A stretch of DNA of 64,000 nucleotides from Haliotis rubra (Eukaryota). Position 1 is the stretch's first letter, and each line of letters starts with the position of its first letter. The notes beneath the pieces were generated by a model that did not search any database, was not told the DNA's origin, and worked only from the letters and a program-made list of their open reading frames with translations. The stretch is taken from positions 1,178,001-1,242,000 of the forward strand of contig NW_025765436.1 in the NCBI RefSeq assembly GCF_003918875.1. Direction: 5' to 3'. Made by a program: the position numbers and the translations under genes. This document shows positions 49,538-63,775 of the stretch, piece by piece.

Positions 49538-52472
49538 TTAAGTGAGTAGTAAGGGATTATTGCAACTTGTATATTTCAGCTAAATAATACCATGTCAGCC
49601 ATCACTGAACCCAGCGTCTTTAACACCACATTCTGCAATATTCTAACTACATCAAGGTGGTCTGTCAATTATTAAGTCTGGTCCAGACAATCCAGTGATT
49701 AATATTCTCAGCAGACACAGCCAACCAAGTCAACAAGTCTGACCATCAAATCAATTTAGTCTCCTCTTAAAATTACAGTTTTGCTTGTATTATATGAAAA
49801 AATCAGGGGTTCAATAAAATCTTCTGAGTAGTATATATGCATTGCAGGTTTAAATCCACAAACAAGAGTAAAGCACTGATCTTTATCTTGGGGAATCTGA
49901 AATATGAACCAGAAACTGCAACTAAGGGACATAACTCTGCAAAGGGTAACGTGTGGTTTTGAATCAATGGGCAAAAAGTATTTTGTTGACACACAAATCT
50001 GACTTGTAACATTTTTGAATTTCATATCTCCATCTACATCTCAAGCACATTTAAGTTTCATTTAAAACTGAGGTTATCATATTTATGCATGCATTTCAGT
50101 TTCATGTCAGCAAGTGTGTCAAAAAGAGGAAACATTTAATTTGGGCTGTGGTTTCATTTAACATTCGTCTGATGAAAACATGAGTTATAAAAACTGTTTC
50201 AGATAATAAAATATCCTCAAAATAACTCATCTGCAGGTTTTTTGAGCTGTAAAATACCAACAGCCTCAGCATGATCAGGCGGCATATATTTAACATGAGT
50301 TTCATCATAGAAAACTAATCAAACCTTTCATACATACAGGTAAAAACTCAATAATGATCATCAGTAACTGGCAGTTATGTAATTTGATTCCATTGCAGAT
50401 TTCAAGAACCCTTTGTAAGCACAATGTGTTCATGTTGGATGGAAGTAGAGCAAGAGTTGCCTCCCTTCCATCACACCGCATTGCAGCCACTCTGGGTTCT
50501 GAACAAGACAGGCCACTTGCCTGTGAACAAGGCACTGTATGAAGCTTATGCGGCTTGCAATGTACATTTATGAACTCCAATATAATTGAATATGATATCA
50601 CTAAGGACACCAATACATGTTGCATCAGTAATGGTAACCGTTAGACACATGTGACTCTACCTGTCTAAAGGGTACAGACCCTCTTAATGATATAAACTTT
50701 GTAAGTATCATGTACACTTCAGAAACCACCTGGCTCAAGGATACCCTGAAACCACAGTGACCCAAATTTTCAACCTTACTACAGTGAAGTACATTTATCA
50801 CAAACACACTCATAACGACCTGACGAATATAACAAAATGTTACATTTTTGTCCTGGCAACATGCTTAATATTTTCCTCTAAATGCATACAACAAACATCT
50901 AAATCAGTGGCCCCTTTAAGTTTGGTATAATCCTAGTTTACTGTACTCAACTCAAACATTTAACTGGTTATATACATGTATTGGTGCTGTCTTGACCTAT
51001 CACTGACATTGAGACATAAGCGTAATTATCAAAATAAAATCAGTGTTATTTTAAAAAGGAAAGAGAAAAATCCCTTGGTCGTGTGTCAGACCTTGTAAGT
51101 AATCTTTGCCTTTACCATACACCTTGGGGGGCAAGCATGATGAAGCACCACAAAAAGTCTATGTGCTGCATACTGAGTTGAAGGAGGTCAGAAAACTGTA
51201 CACAGTGTTACCACTCAGGATTCAACCTCGGTAAATCCATCTGCCTGACATTCTCCAAATATGTTATTTGTCTTAAAAGTGTTTTATACTATGCAATAAG
51301 CAGGCTGCCTTCAGGAAACAAAACCAAAAAAGTTTCAAAGCTGTTCTTTCAATTTTCTCTTCGCTTTTTCTGTTGCTGTTTTTGCAAGCATATGGTAGTT
51401 GAGCGAACTCGAACTTTCAACAGTAGAAATTGATCATATCCAGATCTGGCGTTTCACTCCCTATACCGTTTCCTCTAACAATGACAGCATGGAAAGTTGG
51501 GATCAATCGTCGGAAGGCGCTTGCCAAATTAAGCAGCAGGGTTAGATGAAAAGAACTGAAAAAGTCGACATCTTCTTGCTTTATGACATTTCGAGCTGTC
51601 AAACTTTGTTACCTCTCTTCATTAACCTTGGCAGAATAATTTCAGACCTACCATACAATATTTTTCTCTCGTAAAGCGAGTGTAAAGTGTATTAGGGTTT
51701 TAACTTACTATTAATTTCTTATAACAGAAGTGAGTTATGTCTGCGCAAAAAGCTGAAGATAAAGATGAAAAATAGAGCCATAAGATGCTATATTTCATCA
51801 TCAGCCATGCTTAAACTTGCATCCATCTCTGTAAGTAAATCATAGGTATAGTACTAATGCTCAGATCACACACACACAATTTCACATTCATGAACCCTGC
51901 GCTGTCACAGCAAAAGCAAAAACCCAAAAAATACATTTCCAATATGGCTACAGGAAGTTTGGATGAAGTAAAAAATGGAGATGCACTCATACATTCCTTT
52001 CTTAGGAGCAACCGAGGAACCTCAGTGATTTTGTTGATAATGAATATTGTGCTAAACACTTGAAATACCATACTACTACCATAATATCTTCTTGAAACAT
52101 TAGAGACAAAAGGGAAATTCAATCATTACAACCACAGAGAACCAAAACCATAAGGTTCATCGACACCAAGTCTAGTACTTTGGGCTAATTAACCAATTGA
52201 ACATTTAAATTGGAAGCAACTTCTCATCAAGCTTGTCATATCTGGAGAAGGTAATCCATGGCTGAAAGTATCACCTCAATCAGTCTTTCTAGTGCCCTGA
52301 CTGCTGACACACAGCCAAGGTATGGGCATATAATATCCCCTCGCGATTCTAGTACCATCCAGGAAATCCCAGTATCGACCCATACTTACAGTATTACCTA
52401 CATTAGTGACATGAATACTCACACACGCTTTAGCCAGAGTCAGTTCAATAGGTGCTCTACAAATTCTCTCAC

Positions 52473-52535
52473 CTCATTGCCGTCCCTGTGCTCCTTGAGA
52501 GCTAATTGCTTGGTCTTAGTTTTGATAATATTCAT
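52473..52535 (-). CDS. Candidate alternative first coding exon of CAP (MNIIKTKTKQLALKEHRDGNE)
   Basis: ATG to GAG|gtgaga donor, 63 nt, phase 0 matching the acceptor at 49294. Confidence 0.4.
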
Positions 52536-54524
52536 TTGGTCAAATACTCAAATTTCTCCAATTTATGCAATCTCTTCTGAACAGACAATCCCGACGTAAA
52601 CGGAATAAATGACGTTAGGGAATCCACTATAGGAAATGGCAGGTGCTTGTGATGTGTAGCTGGTCAACTAATGAGTATTCACATGCTATATTATACAATA
52701 TATTTTAACCTTACAGATCTTCCACCCTGGTAAACACAATGGTACAACTGACATTTTAATAGTGCACTAACACAAAGTACACTATTTTTGCATAGATGAA
52801 CTATACAACACAGTATTCTCAACTGCACTTTATGAAATGCTGTTCACTTGGTTAAGGATTTTACTACACACCTAAACAACCCAGGGTAGTTCAAATTGTG
52901 TCTAGTGCAATACAGTGCACACTTACTCTGTTTCCTTTCTTAGTTGGAGACTCAGATTAAACAATAAAGATTTCAGAAGACCAAACTTAGAAGAGCATGC
53001 TTAACAGGCATTGTTGAGTGGAGTTGCACATTTGCAACATTGCGATCATCTTGTAAACATTTTAAAATCACCCAACATTCTTGTTGAGAACAACTGTCCA
53101 ACTAGGCACCATAATCCAGCAGTTCATGGTCTCACATTCCCAAAACAGAGTATTGCTTCACTGATATGGGGCAGGGCACCATCTGTTTTTTAAGAAGCTT
53201 AGTGAAGTACAGTTAACCTGCCTCACTAGCATATAACTAACACAGAAAATTAACTTTGTTAATGTTATAGCTCCATAATTTGCCAGTAATTGACCTCCAA
53301 TTGTCATGGTATATCACATATGCCTCAGACTGATCTCATATTTTTTACACCATGATTTCATAAAACACCGCTAAAACATGGTTTTGTCACAAAAAAAGCT
53401 ACTTATTGGGCACGTGCTTGGCACAAAAGTAAACAAACTGGGCTCTCAGTTCTTAAAGAGACCATACCTGTTAATAGTCTGTGATTCCATAGCATGTAGT
53501 TGGGGGCGTTTTTGTCAGAGTCTGGTCTCGTTACCCCATGGCGTTGCAGTTTCCGTTACCAGGCCAGTAGATAATGTTTATATATTTCTAAGGTTTAAGG
53601 CTGTTGGGAACACTCTAACCAGCATTAGTTCCAACAGCATCTGCTTTCTAGTCACAGACCCCATGTAAGACAACAAATACTCCACTTTAACATAGATCAA
53701 ATGCTGTTCCAAAGTTGAAGAAGCCCACCGCCATACTCTGCGACAGTGACTACAAGAAACCCTCTCCTTATATCCATCATTAGTCCTACTTAAATAAACT
53801 GCCGAAGTTGCTGCAAGGAGATTGTGGATGCAATAAGAAATAGTCTGTTATGATGTAGCTTAAGAATGGAACACTTACAAGAAGCGAAAAAAAAGAAGGT
53901 TTTTTTCTGTATTTATGGTTTGCTTTAACTTCATTCCCATGTTACAGATTAGATATCTTTTTATGTGCTTTTGACTACTTGCACTGCATGGCCAAGTGTC
54001 GATGATCACGCTCTACCACGTTGTTCCAAGCCACTCAAAAACAACAAACAACATCTTGATACAAAGAACAGCACTGAACAACCCCAATGAAAACCCATTC
54101 GTGGGGGATGAAGGAAAGGACATGGTATCACCACGCCAGCCATCATCACACTGTTTGGCTTTGATTATGAAAATGTGCACATATACAGCAGACCTTTCCC
54201 TGTGCGGTGTCTTGCCACTTTGATGCCCCTAACTCAAGCGGGATGATATTGACAAAATATACATATATGTAAATTACAGCTATACAGCTGGCTGTCACAA
54301 AATGCTTGACCTAATCTCAGACCACAGATTGCCTCGTTGGCATTCCTCTTTAAAGAGGGTTAGTAGTCATGAGATTAGCAGAAGGAAACCAAGTGTTTTA
54401 TTGGTCTGTAGTGGGCGAGATAAGTATCACTGTTTATATTGGCCAGGTGGGTTGGTCAAAGGGAATACTGATACAGTACTGGGCTTTATGCATGCCCTGA
54501 GCTGGAAAAGGTTTTTGAATTTAG

Positions 54525-54567
54525 AGTGAGTGAGTGAGTGAGTGAGTGAGTGAGTGAGTGAGTGAGT
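54525..54567. repeat. (GAGT)n microsatellite
   Basis: Direct; same motif as the SINE tails. Confidence 0.9.
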
Positions 54568-54639
54568 GGAAAGCCAGAGACTGACATATTTCTGCTGATA
54601 CAGCATCCTGTAAATAATGTAGGGCCACCTAGACCAGTG

Positions 54640-54799
54640 AGTGAGTTTAGTTTTATGCTGCTTTAAGCAATATTCCAGCAATATCACAGCAGGGGACACC
54701 AGACATGGGCTTCGCACAATGTACCCATGTGGAGAATCAAACCCAGGTCTTCAGCGTGATGAGCAAACGCTTTAACCACTAGGCTACGCCACCATCCGT
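54640..54799 (-). mobile_element. Family A SINE, TSD CCTAGACCAGTG
   Basis: Body plus 12-bp TSD. Confidence 0.9.
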
Positions 54800-56107
54800 C
54801 CTAGACCAGTGGTTGATGATCCCCAATCCCTGACATTTGGTGTAATGATAGAAAACTACTGAGGTGACTTAATATGATTCTTTAAAATCTCGGGTGGTGG
54901 GGTACCTAGTGGTTAAAGCGTTTGCTCATCACACCAAAGTCTGGGTAATCTCTTATGAAAAGAAAGGCATATTGTGATCTCTTCTGCCACATAATCTGTT
55001 TGAAATATCAACTAAATTTGAAATAATATTCCCTTCAACTGCCTGACCTACTTCTAAGGGTTCAGGATCTAAGATCTGAGTATACAGACCCATAACATCT
55101 CCCTTCCAGTACTCTCATGAACTGATAAAATCCCTGATGACATTTAACTCTTCCATCTCAGGATATGCCTACATTGTGCGAATGAATAGTATTAGCAGAG
55201 ATGAATGTTCTTATCATGTCTTGTCTTCTTTCAACTCATTACAATATGGAACAAACCAGGAACACTGGTAGACACATTTATCACGGGTCAGCCTGCCTTC
55301 CAGTGATGAGAGCAATCCATATGCCAGAACCTCACCAAAGTACAAAAGACAAATGGCCAAATTTTCTTCTTTTTGGGAAAGGTTACAACAACAGAAGATG
55401 TTTATGGATGGTGAAGCGGTCTGATGAGCCAGGCTGGTACCGATTCTACAAATGCCAGGAACCAAAGTCTGCCTGTGGGAAATGATGGCCTGCTTGGATA
55501 GATAGATGTGGAAATGTCACACTAGAGTCTGCCGCGGGCATCAATCGTTTGCTTACCTACATACCACTGTATAGTGGTAGAAAGTACCTCTGTCTTGTCT
55601 CAACAGTGGCCGGTGAGGAGAGCCTCTTTATTGAAACCAAAGAACACCTGCATCACCTCTGGATAACAGATGCCTCATCATTGGTGCTTCTTTCCCCATG
55701 TAGGTATTAGTTAATTCAATTCATAAACACATGTGGAAGAGAAAATACTGAGCAGTTATCATCATTGCTATGACAACCAATTGAATTTATAACCCTTCTG
55801 ACACATATGCACAGAATATACAAAAGAATACTGTATAACCCCTCTGGGCAGTTATCCCTACCCCTACATGCTAGGTTAATCCCTCCAGTTGTCAGTTATA
55901 CCCCCATCCAGCTAACCCTATCTGCTTCCCTCCATTCAATGACAGATACCTCTTCTTTTTCTCCCTTAACACTCTCCAGGACAGAGATCCATTGTTGCAT
56001 GTGGTCCATATGTCTCAAATTACAATTAAAGCAATGTCTCAACACTGTGCAAGACATTTATTCTACCAGTAAGTGACATGGAACTGTCTTCCAGAAACCT
56101 CTCAGAA

Positions 56108-56240
56108 GAGTGAGTAACTTTGGTTTTACGCCGCTTTTAGCAATATTCCTGCAATATCATGGCAGGGGACACTAGAAATGGGCTTCACACATTGTACCCA
56201 TGTGGTGAATAGAACCCGGGTCTTGAGTGTGACGAGCTAA
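56108..56240 (-). mobile_element. Family A SINE, head truncated at adjacent MITE
   Basis: Shared body. Confidence 0.8.
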
Positions 56241-56243
56241 CTG

Positions 56244-56670
56244 CCCTGAAGGGATCGTTGTCGGCACAGGTACTACAGATATGTACCCCAGGTACGTTTC
56301 TGTATACAGACATGTACCCTAAACAAAGTCAAACTGCAGAAACGTACCCGGTACCCTAAACGACGGACGAGTCCATATTCCACAACCCAAAACCGAAACC
56401 GTATGTTGTTGTTCCCGTTCAGCTGATTGCGAGTGGTGTACGTTGTGCACCGTGACATATTCGTTATACTGTGTATGCTCTTATATAACGATATCAAATG
56501 CATCTAATACAACAGTATGACCGTTCCGATGAAGAAAACTCCACAATGCAGAATGGAATCGTCCAAGGGTACGTTTCTGTATTCTGATTTTGGCTAGGGT
56601 ACATTTCTGTATACAGAAACGTACCTGGGGTACACATCTGTAGTACCCGTGCCGACAACGACCCCTTTAC
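56244..56670. mobile_element. Long-TIR MITE
   Basis: More than 60-bp TIRs (AAGGGATCGTTGTCGGCACAGGTACTACAGAT... / ...ATCTGTAGTACCCGTGCCGACAACGACCCCTT). Confidence 0.9.
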
Positions 56671-57606
56671 CTGAACTGTCCCCCCTGAACCCCCATCAGA
56701 AGAAAAGATACAGTGGTCACTGTGTATGCGTATATTCTAATAATATTACTCCTGCAATACAGTTATCTACCATACAAGACAAAAGCTGACCCAGAAAAAC
56801 ACATCAGAAGACATGGATACAGAGGTCACTGTGTATGCACATGTTCTAATAATAACATTACCCCCTGCAAGATAACGATCTACCCTACAAGAACTGCCCC
56901 AGAACCCCCCTGGCCACAGTGTATGCCCATGCCCCTACCCCTGGCAAACAATCCTGCCCCCCACCCCATCCCCACCCTCCCACGCAGTGGATCCCTGTGT
57001 GTTGATGCTGGCCCAAGGGAAAGAGTATATACAACACACTACATAAACACACTATCCAACTACACTGCCACCCCCTGAGCTCCTGCTACCCCCCTGCCCT
57101 CCCCGCATCCACACACATGCTCAGTCCCTCCTCCTCTCTGCCACTCAAAGATCAAGTTTTGACTGACAGCTCTTGACTGACGGAGCCTCTCAACAAATCT
57201 TAATAAACTTAATCAAAGTCATGTCCCTTAAAACATTAGTTAGCCTGAAGTGGGGAGGCATGAGATGTACAGTCAAGCTCTATCATCTCAAAGCTGATAG
57301 TCAGTAGATCATTCCCTCGCCTTAGGTCATAAAGAGTTTGTATTGACATATTGTAAACAGTCTGTGTGAGCGCCATAATGATCATAAGTATTCATAAAAG
57401 TATTTAAAGTTGTGATCGAGTCAAGATGAAGAAATATTAGGTAATAAAGTTTATGATAATGCTGATGTGCATGTAATATGACGTCAATTTCAAGTCTGTC
57501 TACAATAAAGCCTTCACTTCCTTAAGTAATCTTGAACATGTTTACAGAGTACTGTGCCAGATGTTTCCATTCTTGTCCAAACTGAATATATTACTCTTAA
57601 TTGTTC

Positions 57607-57966
57607 GAGTGAGTGAGTGAGTGAGTGAGAGAGAGAGTACAAGACACCATGTTTATCCTATGGTAGCACCAGGACGGATTGATTACAAGAGTGAGTGAGT
57701 GAGTACGAGATGCCACGTTTATCCAATGGTAGCACCAGGACGAATTGATTATAAGGGTGAGTGAGTAGGAGATGCCACGTTCATCCCATGGTAGCACCAG
57801 GACGGATTGATTATAAGAGTGAGTGAGTGAGTGAGTGAGTGAGTGAGAGTACAAGATGCCACGTTTATCCAATGGTAGCACCAGGACGGATTGATTATAA
57901 GAGTGAGGGAGTGAGTACGAGATGCCACGTTTATCCCATGGTAGCACCAGGACGGATTGATTATAA
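57607..57966. repeat. Five-copy repeat of a ~50-bp core separated by variable (GAGT)n
   Basis: ACGAGATGCCACGTTTATCCCATGGTAGCACCAGGACGGATTGATTATAA x5. Confidence 0.9.
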
Positions 57967-58130
57967 GAGTGAGTGAGTGAGTTTAGCTTTACGCCACTTT
58001 TAGCAATATTCCAGCAATATCATTTCTACACTAGAAATGGGCTTCACACAATTCACCCATGTGGGGAAACGAACCCAGGTCTTCGACTTGACAAGCGAAC
58101 GCTTTAACCACTAGGCTACCCCACTGCCCC
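57967..58130 (-). mobile_element. Family A SINE
   Basis: Shared body and head. Confidence 0.85.
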
Positions 58131-58996
58131 TATTGATCACAATTAATAATGGGAAGGGAAATATACAAAGGAATGTTGAAGTTATCATGTGTTGAACTAC
58201 TGTAATAATAGAATCACTGACTATACATGAAACACTGGATGCTATCTTCTTCCCTGATAGGAGGAAGAATGAAAGGTAATGAAAGTGGAAAGGAAGACAA
58301 AGGGGAGGATTGATAGACAGAAGAAAAAAAAGGAAAGATGAAGAAAAGGGCTACTTTTTTCAGTACTGCTACTGGTCTATTAAACCGTCTATTGTCGTGC
58401 ACTGTTGTAGCAGGTCATGTCAGTATGTTGATCGACCCATTGCTGTGACATGCTCAGCTGATTCACTCCTACAAAGGTCCATGCCACAAGTTTGAGGTGA
58501 AGTCATCAACTATTTATTATGCAACACAACAACAATAAACAAAGGTGAAATTTTCCATCAAATTCATTCTGAAGTTTCTCTCTAAACAATCATAAAGTAT
58601 TTTGAACCGATCCTCAACTGGATAACTTCTTTTCTGGACAACAGGTGACAGCAAAAACATGGATGCAAGTTTTATGTTGTTATTTTTTCACAAACCTAAT
58701 CGACAAGAGATCTGACGATTAGAGGGTTACTTTGTCCAATAACTTCATGTCTACCTCATAATTTAATCCTACGATCAGTCTTGGTAACAAATCCTTCCTA
58801 AACATGTCCCAGGCTACCAATTCCATGGGTCATGTCTTTGATATAAACCAATAACAACAGTGCCGGTCCCAAGACAGATCTGCCAAGGCAATCAGCAGGT
58901 TAGTACAGTCCCAGTGGTGCTAACCTTTACTGTAGTTACTCTAATAAATGACAACATGGCAACATACTTAATTCTTTACTCATGTTTAAATTGTGA

Positions 58997-59161
58997 CTGG
59001 CTGACTGAGTTTGGTTTTAGGCCGCTTTTAGCAATATTCCAGCAACATCACGGCGGGGGACACCAGAAATGGGCTTCACACATTTTACCCATGTGGGGAT
59101 TCGAACCCGGGTCTTCGGCGTGACGAGCCAACGCTTTAACCACTAGGCTACCCCACCGCCC
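58997..59161 (-). mobile_element. Family A SINE, young, TSD GTTTAAATTGTGA
   Basis: Intact A/B boxes, 13-bp TSD. Confidence 0.92.
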
Positions 59162-62100
59162 GTTTAAATTGTGAAATTCATACAATATGTCTGTCATAAA
59201 ACATAACTTTATGTGATGTCATATTCCAAACAGAAACATCACAATTGATTAAAGAAATTATCTCGGGGGAAGTCTTTTTGTAGTGAAGGCTGAACACAAT
59301 TTCATGAAAATATCCCCTAAAATATTCATGATCCCAAACTGCAAACAAACATACTTTGAAAAACGATTTTTGTTGCTTAACAGAATAATTACGGTACATG
59401 AACACTTCTTACAACACTGAAACTTTATGTTCTGGTGGTCTGTGGAGAGGTGCAGTGTGGTAAAACTCCCCTCCTCCATCATCTGTATACATGTACTTTG
59501 TCACACTTGGGTGCTTCACGGGACCAATAAGCGGAACATTTTATACACAGCAGAAAATCACTACCGTCACAGGGTGAAATATGGAACAGGTACTGCCTGT
59601 GTTTAGCTGATGAAGACCTCACAAAGTAACAATAAAATGCTGCAATATGTCTTTACCTCTGAAACACAAACCTCTAACATTGTTTGCAAACATGCTGCTA
59701 ATTAACTCTGCTGAAACTTTTACACTGTAAATATTGTCTTTTCAAACTTTAAGTGCAACTTAACAGTTAAAAATGGGCAAGTCAATAAAGGAAGTAAACA
59801 GATCAAGGTTACAATACTTACAGTCTTCAGCCCAAGCATCTGTGTACCCTCACATATTATATTAAAGCAATATTTAAATTTAAATTTAAAAACCTAATCA
59901 CACAAAGAAAGGAGTTACTGTCACATTTTGGAAAATATACATCCCGGTGATCTGCATATTCTTTACTCGATATGCCTTGAGTCAAACCCCATTCAGCATT
60001 TTCTGATCTTAAACCAGATAATGATTAGGACAAAGGATATAAACCAGACAGACTTCAAACTGGGTTCCTTAAAAACTACACACTTTAAAGTAAGAGCTGG
60101 TATGTTTTTCTCTTCAAATATAGAAGTTGGAGTACAGTTAAATTTGATCCATTTTGAACACGGAAAAGTTATTGGCCAAATAGACCCTTTGACATGCTCA
60201 CAAGAACAGGTATTGCGGAGAATATTCACCTTTAATGAAAAAATCCCCAAACCTTCTAAAGGACTTTTCTTTTTACACACCACACGTCGTTAACTTTAAG
60301 AACAGATGCATGTCTTCAAGAGAAAACATTATTCCTGAAAATAGCCAGTCATAATATTTACGTCCAACTTGGCAACGGCACAGCCTCTGGCACTGGTATC
60401 TATGGAGAAGGCTAGAGAAATCTTACTCTATCAAGTAGATGTGTGGCTGAGTTGGATCATTATAATGTACGTTTTTCTCAAATAATCATACACACACTTG
60501 TAATCAGCGTTACTTGCCTCTTCATCAAAATGTTTTTAAATCACTGCCGATTATCTAGCAATGATCCCTTCAGCATTAGCCAGTGAGAAGTAAGTACCAC
60601 ATTAATGTTTTTTGGAGTGAAAATTCTAAGTGGCTTCGTTTGCGATAAAATTTCAGATCCACAAAGTTATAGAATGGGATTTCTGTATACAAATATTTTG
60701 TTCTATAAAGCACTGGATATCTGTGTACAGGGTATCCAAGTTATGAATAATATCACACCATAGTTTTGTCAGCTGTAGGATTTTAATACATGTGAAATTG
60801 TGACATGGAGATATTATTCTAATGCAGAGTTTTGCTAGGTATTTGTGTGGTGACAGACTCAAGATGTGAAAGTGAAAAAACACTAATGATTTCAAGTCTA
60901 AGGATGTACTTGACTGGATTTGGATAGTTTAGCCTGTCTGGCAGTCGTTAAGCTGATTAGAATGTTGTGCTATCTTTGGAGTGTCAACTTTCAGAATGTT
61001 GTTTAAAAAGAGCATACATCTTGGGTCCTACTTTCTTTGTTTTTTGAGATATTTCATTCTAAGTTCTCAACCTTCAGCTTCCAATTTCCTAATTTACCAA
61101 CTGACATGTACCAATCAAGCACACAAATATCTAATGGGAAGGTAAACCTCAATTTTAGATATCTTACCGACTGGGCGGTCTCAATTCAACACAGTTAATA
61201 GTCTCATCCATGTTTTTAAATGTTTGATTTGCAGTCTTCAGATTTTTTAACCTGAAGGGTTTAAATTCTGTCTGATGTAGACTTGAAAGTTTGTCAAACA
61301 CTGTGATGAAAAAGGCTGAAATAAAAATAATTGAATGTCTGGAACGTACATTTCCAAATGCCAAGGGAGATAATTGATCGGGTAACTCATATAAAGTCTA
61401 TGCCATGACGTGCTTGTTGTTTAATGTTGCACACAACAATACTGCCTTCAAATTATCTCCAGGGTCCCAATCCACAAAGAATTCAACATTCGTAAGTCTA
61501 TGGTAAAGTGGAGAGTTACGCCAGGTCCTAAAGTTACGAATGATTTGTGGATCAAGACCCTGATACACAGTCTAGTAATGAGAAATGATCCAGAAACTGA
61601 TCAAGCACTGAAACTGACTCCGACCACCCAAACCATGAAATAGGTTGGGTCAAGTTAAGCAAAGAATGTGTAACATAGTATGAAATAAAAACAGGGGAGG
61701 ATTGTAGCCAAGGAGACAGAATGGTGTCAGTGGAATCAGAAACACAAGAGGCGGAATAATTACAACTCACATTGGAGCTTTTACCAGTTACATACAAGAA
61801 ATCTGACTCACAAGCTGTCTGACCAACAGTGAGCTTCATTCCGAGTCATTAATCAAATCCCCTCACAAAACATATGTGTCCTATCGACTCCTGCCATAAA
61901 CATCAATTACCATTTAAACTCTTGCTACCAAACATCATTAAACCACATACCAAATTCTTTTCAGTCATTTTCGCTCTTAACAAACAATACATCACAAAGT
62001 CCAACAACTCATAACAGGCATATTTGAAAACCTTAATGAAGACAAAAAATCTGTTCCAAGGAGCTGCTCAGGATTGAGGATGAAAACTATGTGAGAAACT

Positions 62101-62607
62101 CTCGAACCAAGAGCAGTACTTGTTCCCATACTCAGCTCATTAAAAGGTCACGATAGCCTTGTTTTGACGTTACCCTTCAATTATAAGAAGTTTCTCCTCA
62201 ACTACAGATGAGGAACTAGTGTTTAAAGCACCTCTAAGTGAACAGGACTTGTATAAAGCACCACATGGAGTAGAGGTTGCTTGCTATGTCAAAGGGCTAA
62301 TTCCTTTCAAATTTATGAGCAGTGTCTTTTTTAAGTCTTGCAGTGTACAGGTGTGTTATCTACACCATGGTGGAATCTCCACATCTAGAGTAAGATTCTT
62401 TTACAAGTATTCCAGCAATAATATAAGCAAGGATTCTAGGAATGTGCTGAACAAATTTCATTCTTTTGGGAGTCTTTTGTGTGACATGTTCTTCAGCCAG
62501 GCTATAAGAACACTTGAAAACCCGACAGAGAAAGGTTCACTGGGAGTGTTTAACACTGCTCTCAACAGTACTTCAGCCACATCACAGAACCTCAGCTTGA
62601 TCTGGGA

Positions 62608-62771
62608 CTGACTGACTGACTGAGTTTAGTTTTACGCCGCTTTTAGCAATATTCCAGCAATATCACGGCGGGGGACACCAGAAATGGGCTTAACACATTG
62701 TGCCCATGTGGGGAATCGAACCGTCTTCGTGGCGAGCCAGCCCTTTAACCACTAGGCTGCCCCACTGCCCC
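62608..62771 (-). mobile_element. Family A SINE, TSD GCTTGATCTGGGA
   Basis: Body plus 13-bp TSD. Confidence 0.9.
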
Positions 62772-63775
62772 GCTTGATCTGGGAGGTAAGCCAGAGGTGA
62801 TGTAGCTTTCACGGACAAATTAGAACCTATGAGCCAAGTTTCAAACTCATGATTGTATGATTCCTAGAAACCTAAATAATGTCAAGAATAGCAGTGTTTT
62901 TGTCAAGTATGCCTATGTGAAGCCAACTTGCAGTAATTTCAAACTCAGCACTATAACATCAACCATACAGGATGAGCCATCATTACCTCAGGTGTAATGT
63001 TGACTTCGAACATCCATCAAATCAACATTTAAAACTTGAAGCTATGATACAAAGAACAGTTTAATGAGTTTGTGCCCGTCACTAGAGGAGTACAGGTGTC
63101 AGATGTTAAACATTCAGTGAAGACACCTATTGCCTCCCTGCATTCATCATGGACTAATTTGCCCTGCATGCTCCTGATAAGCCTCCAAGAATTGGATCCT
63201 GACAGAAAAGCATGCTACCATGAGGTCGACAATTTTAATTGAGGGAGGATGGGTTCTGTCACATGTCACCTGCCATGCCTGTAGAAATACAATTGGAAGA
63301 AATTTTCTAGGTTTGCGTAATCAACAGATCACAGAAAATAAATCTTGATTTGGATGTGATAGATCGCAAAAATATGTCTGAGGCTGTTCTTGCTGATAAA
63401 TCAGAGGAAAAGGTTGTTTGCCATGTAAACAAGAGCCATCAGGAGATGACATTTTCCCCTGATCAGCTGCCTTTCAGAAATGGAGTTGGCTACTTATACT
63501 CCACTGTCGGGCTATTGCCATTGGACACCTTCACTTTAGTGAAGAAAAACAATAATGCTGTGCAGCATTTTAAAAAATCTCAAAACATTGAAAGCACCCA
63601 GTTCAAAACAGAACTCATGTAGGTTTCATGAAGAAAATAACAAAAATACATATCCTAAATCATCCACAAGCACCAGTTTACTGATCTGTTGGGCAAGCGT
63701 TATCAAGAAATATTCAAAGGTTTTCTTTCCTACAACAGAAAGTGAAAGTGCACCAACTATGGGATGCCACTATGA

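Noticed and set aside
53460-53570. CpG-rich segment with CAG|gtatgg donor upstream of CAP exon 49294
   Set aside because: ATG-initiated frames exit in phase 1 or 2, incompatible with the phase 0 acceptor; a non-coding 5' exon cannot be excluded.
57607-57966. CRISPR-like repeat/spacer pattern
   Set aside because: Spacers are (GAGT)n microsatellite rather than unique sequence; eukaryotic intron, no cas genes.
58997-59161. tRNA gene (also other family A heads)
   Set aside because: A/B boxes are followed by SINE body, tail and TSD; no complete cloverleaf.
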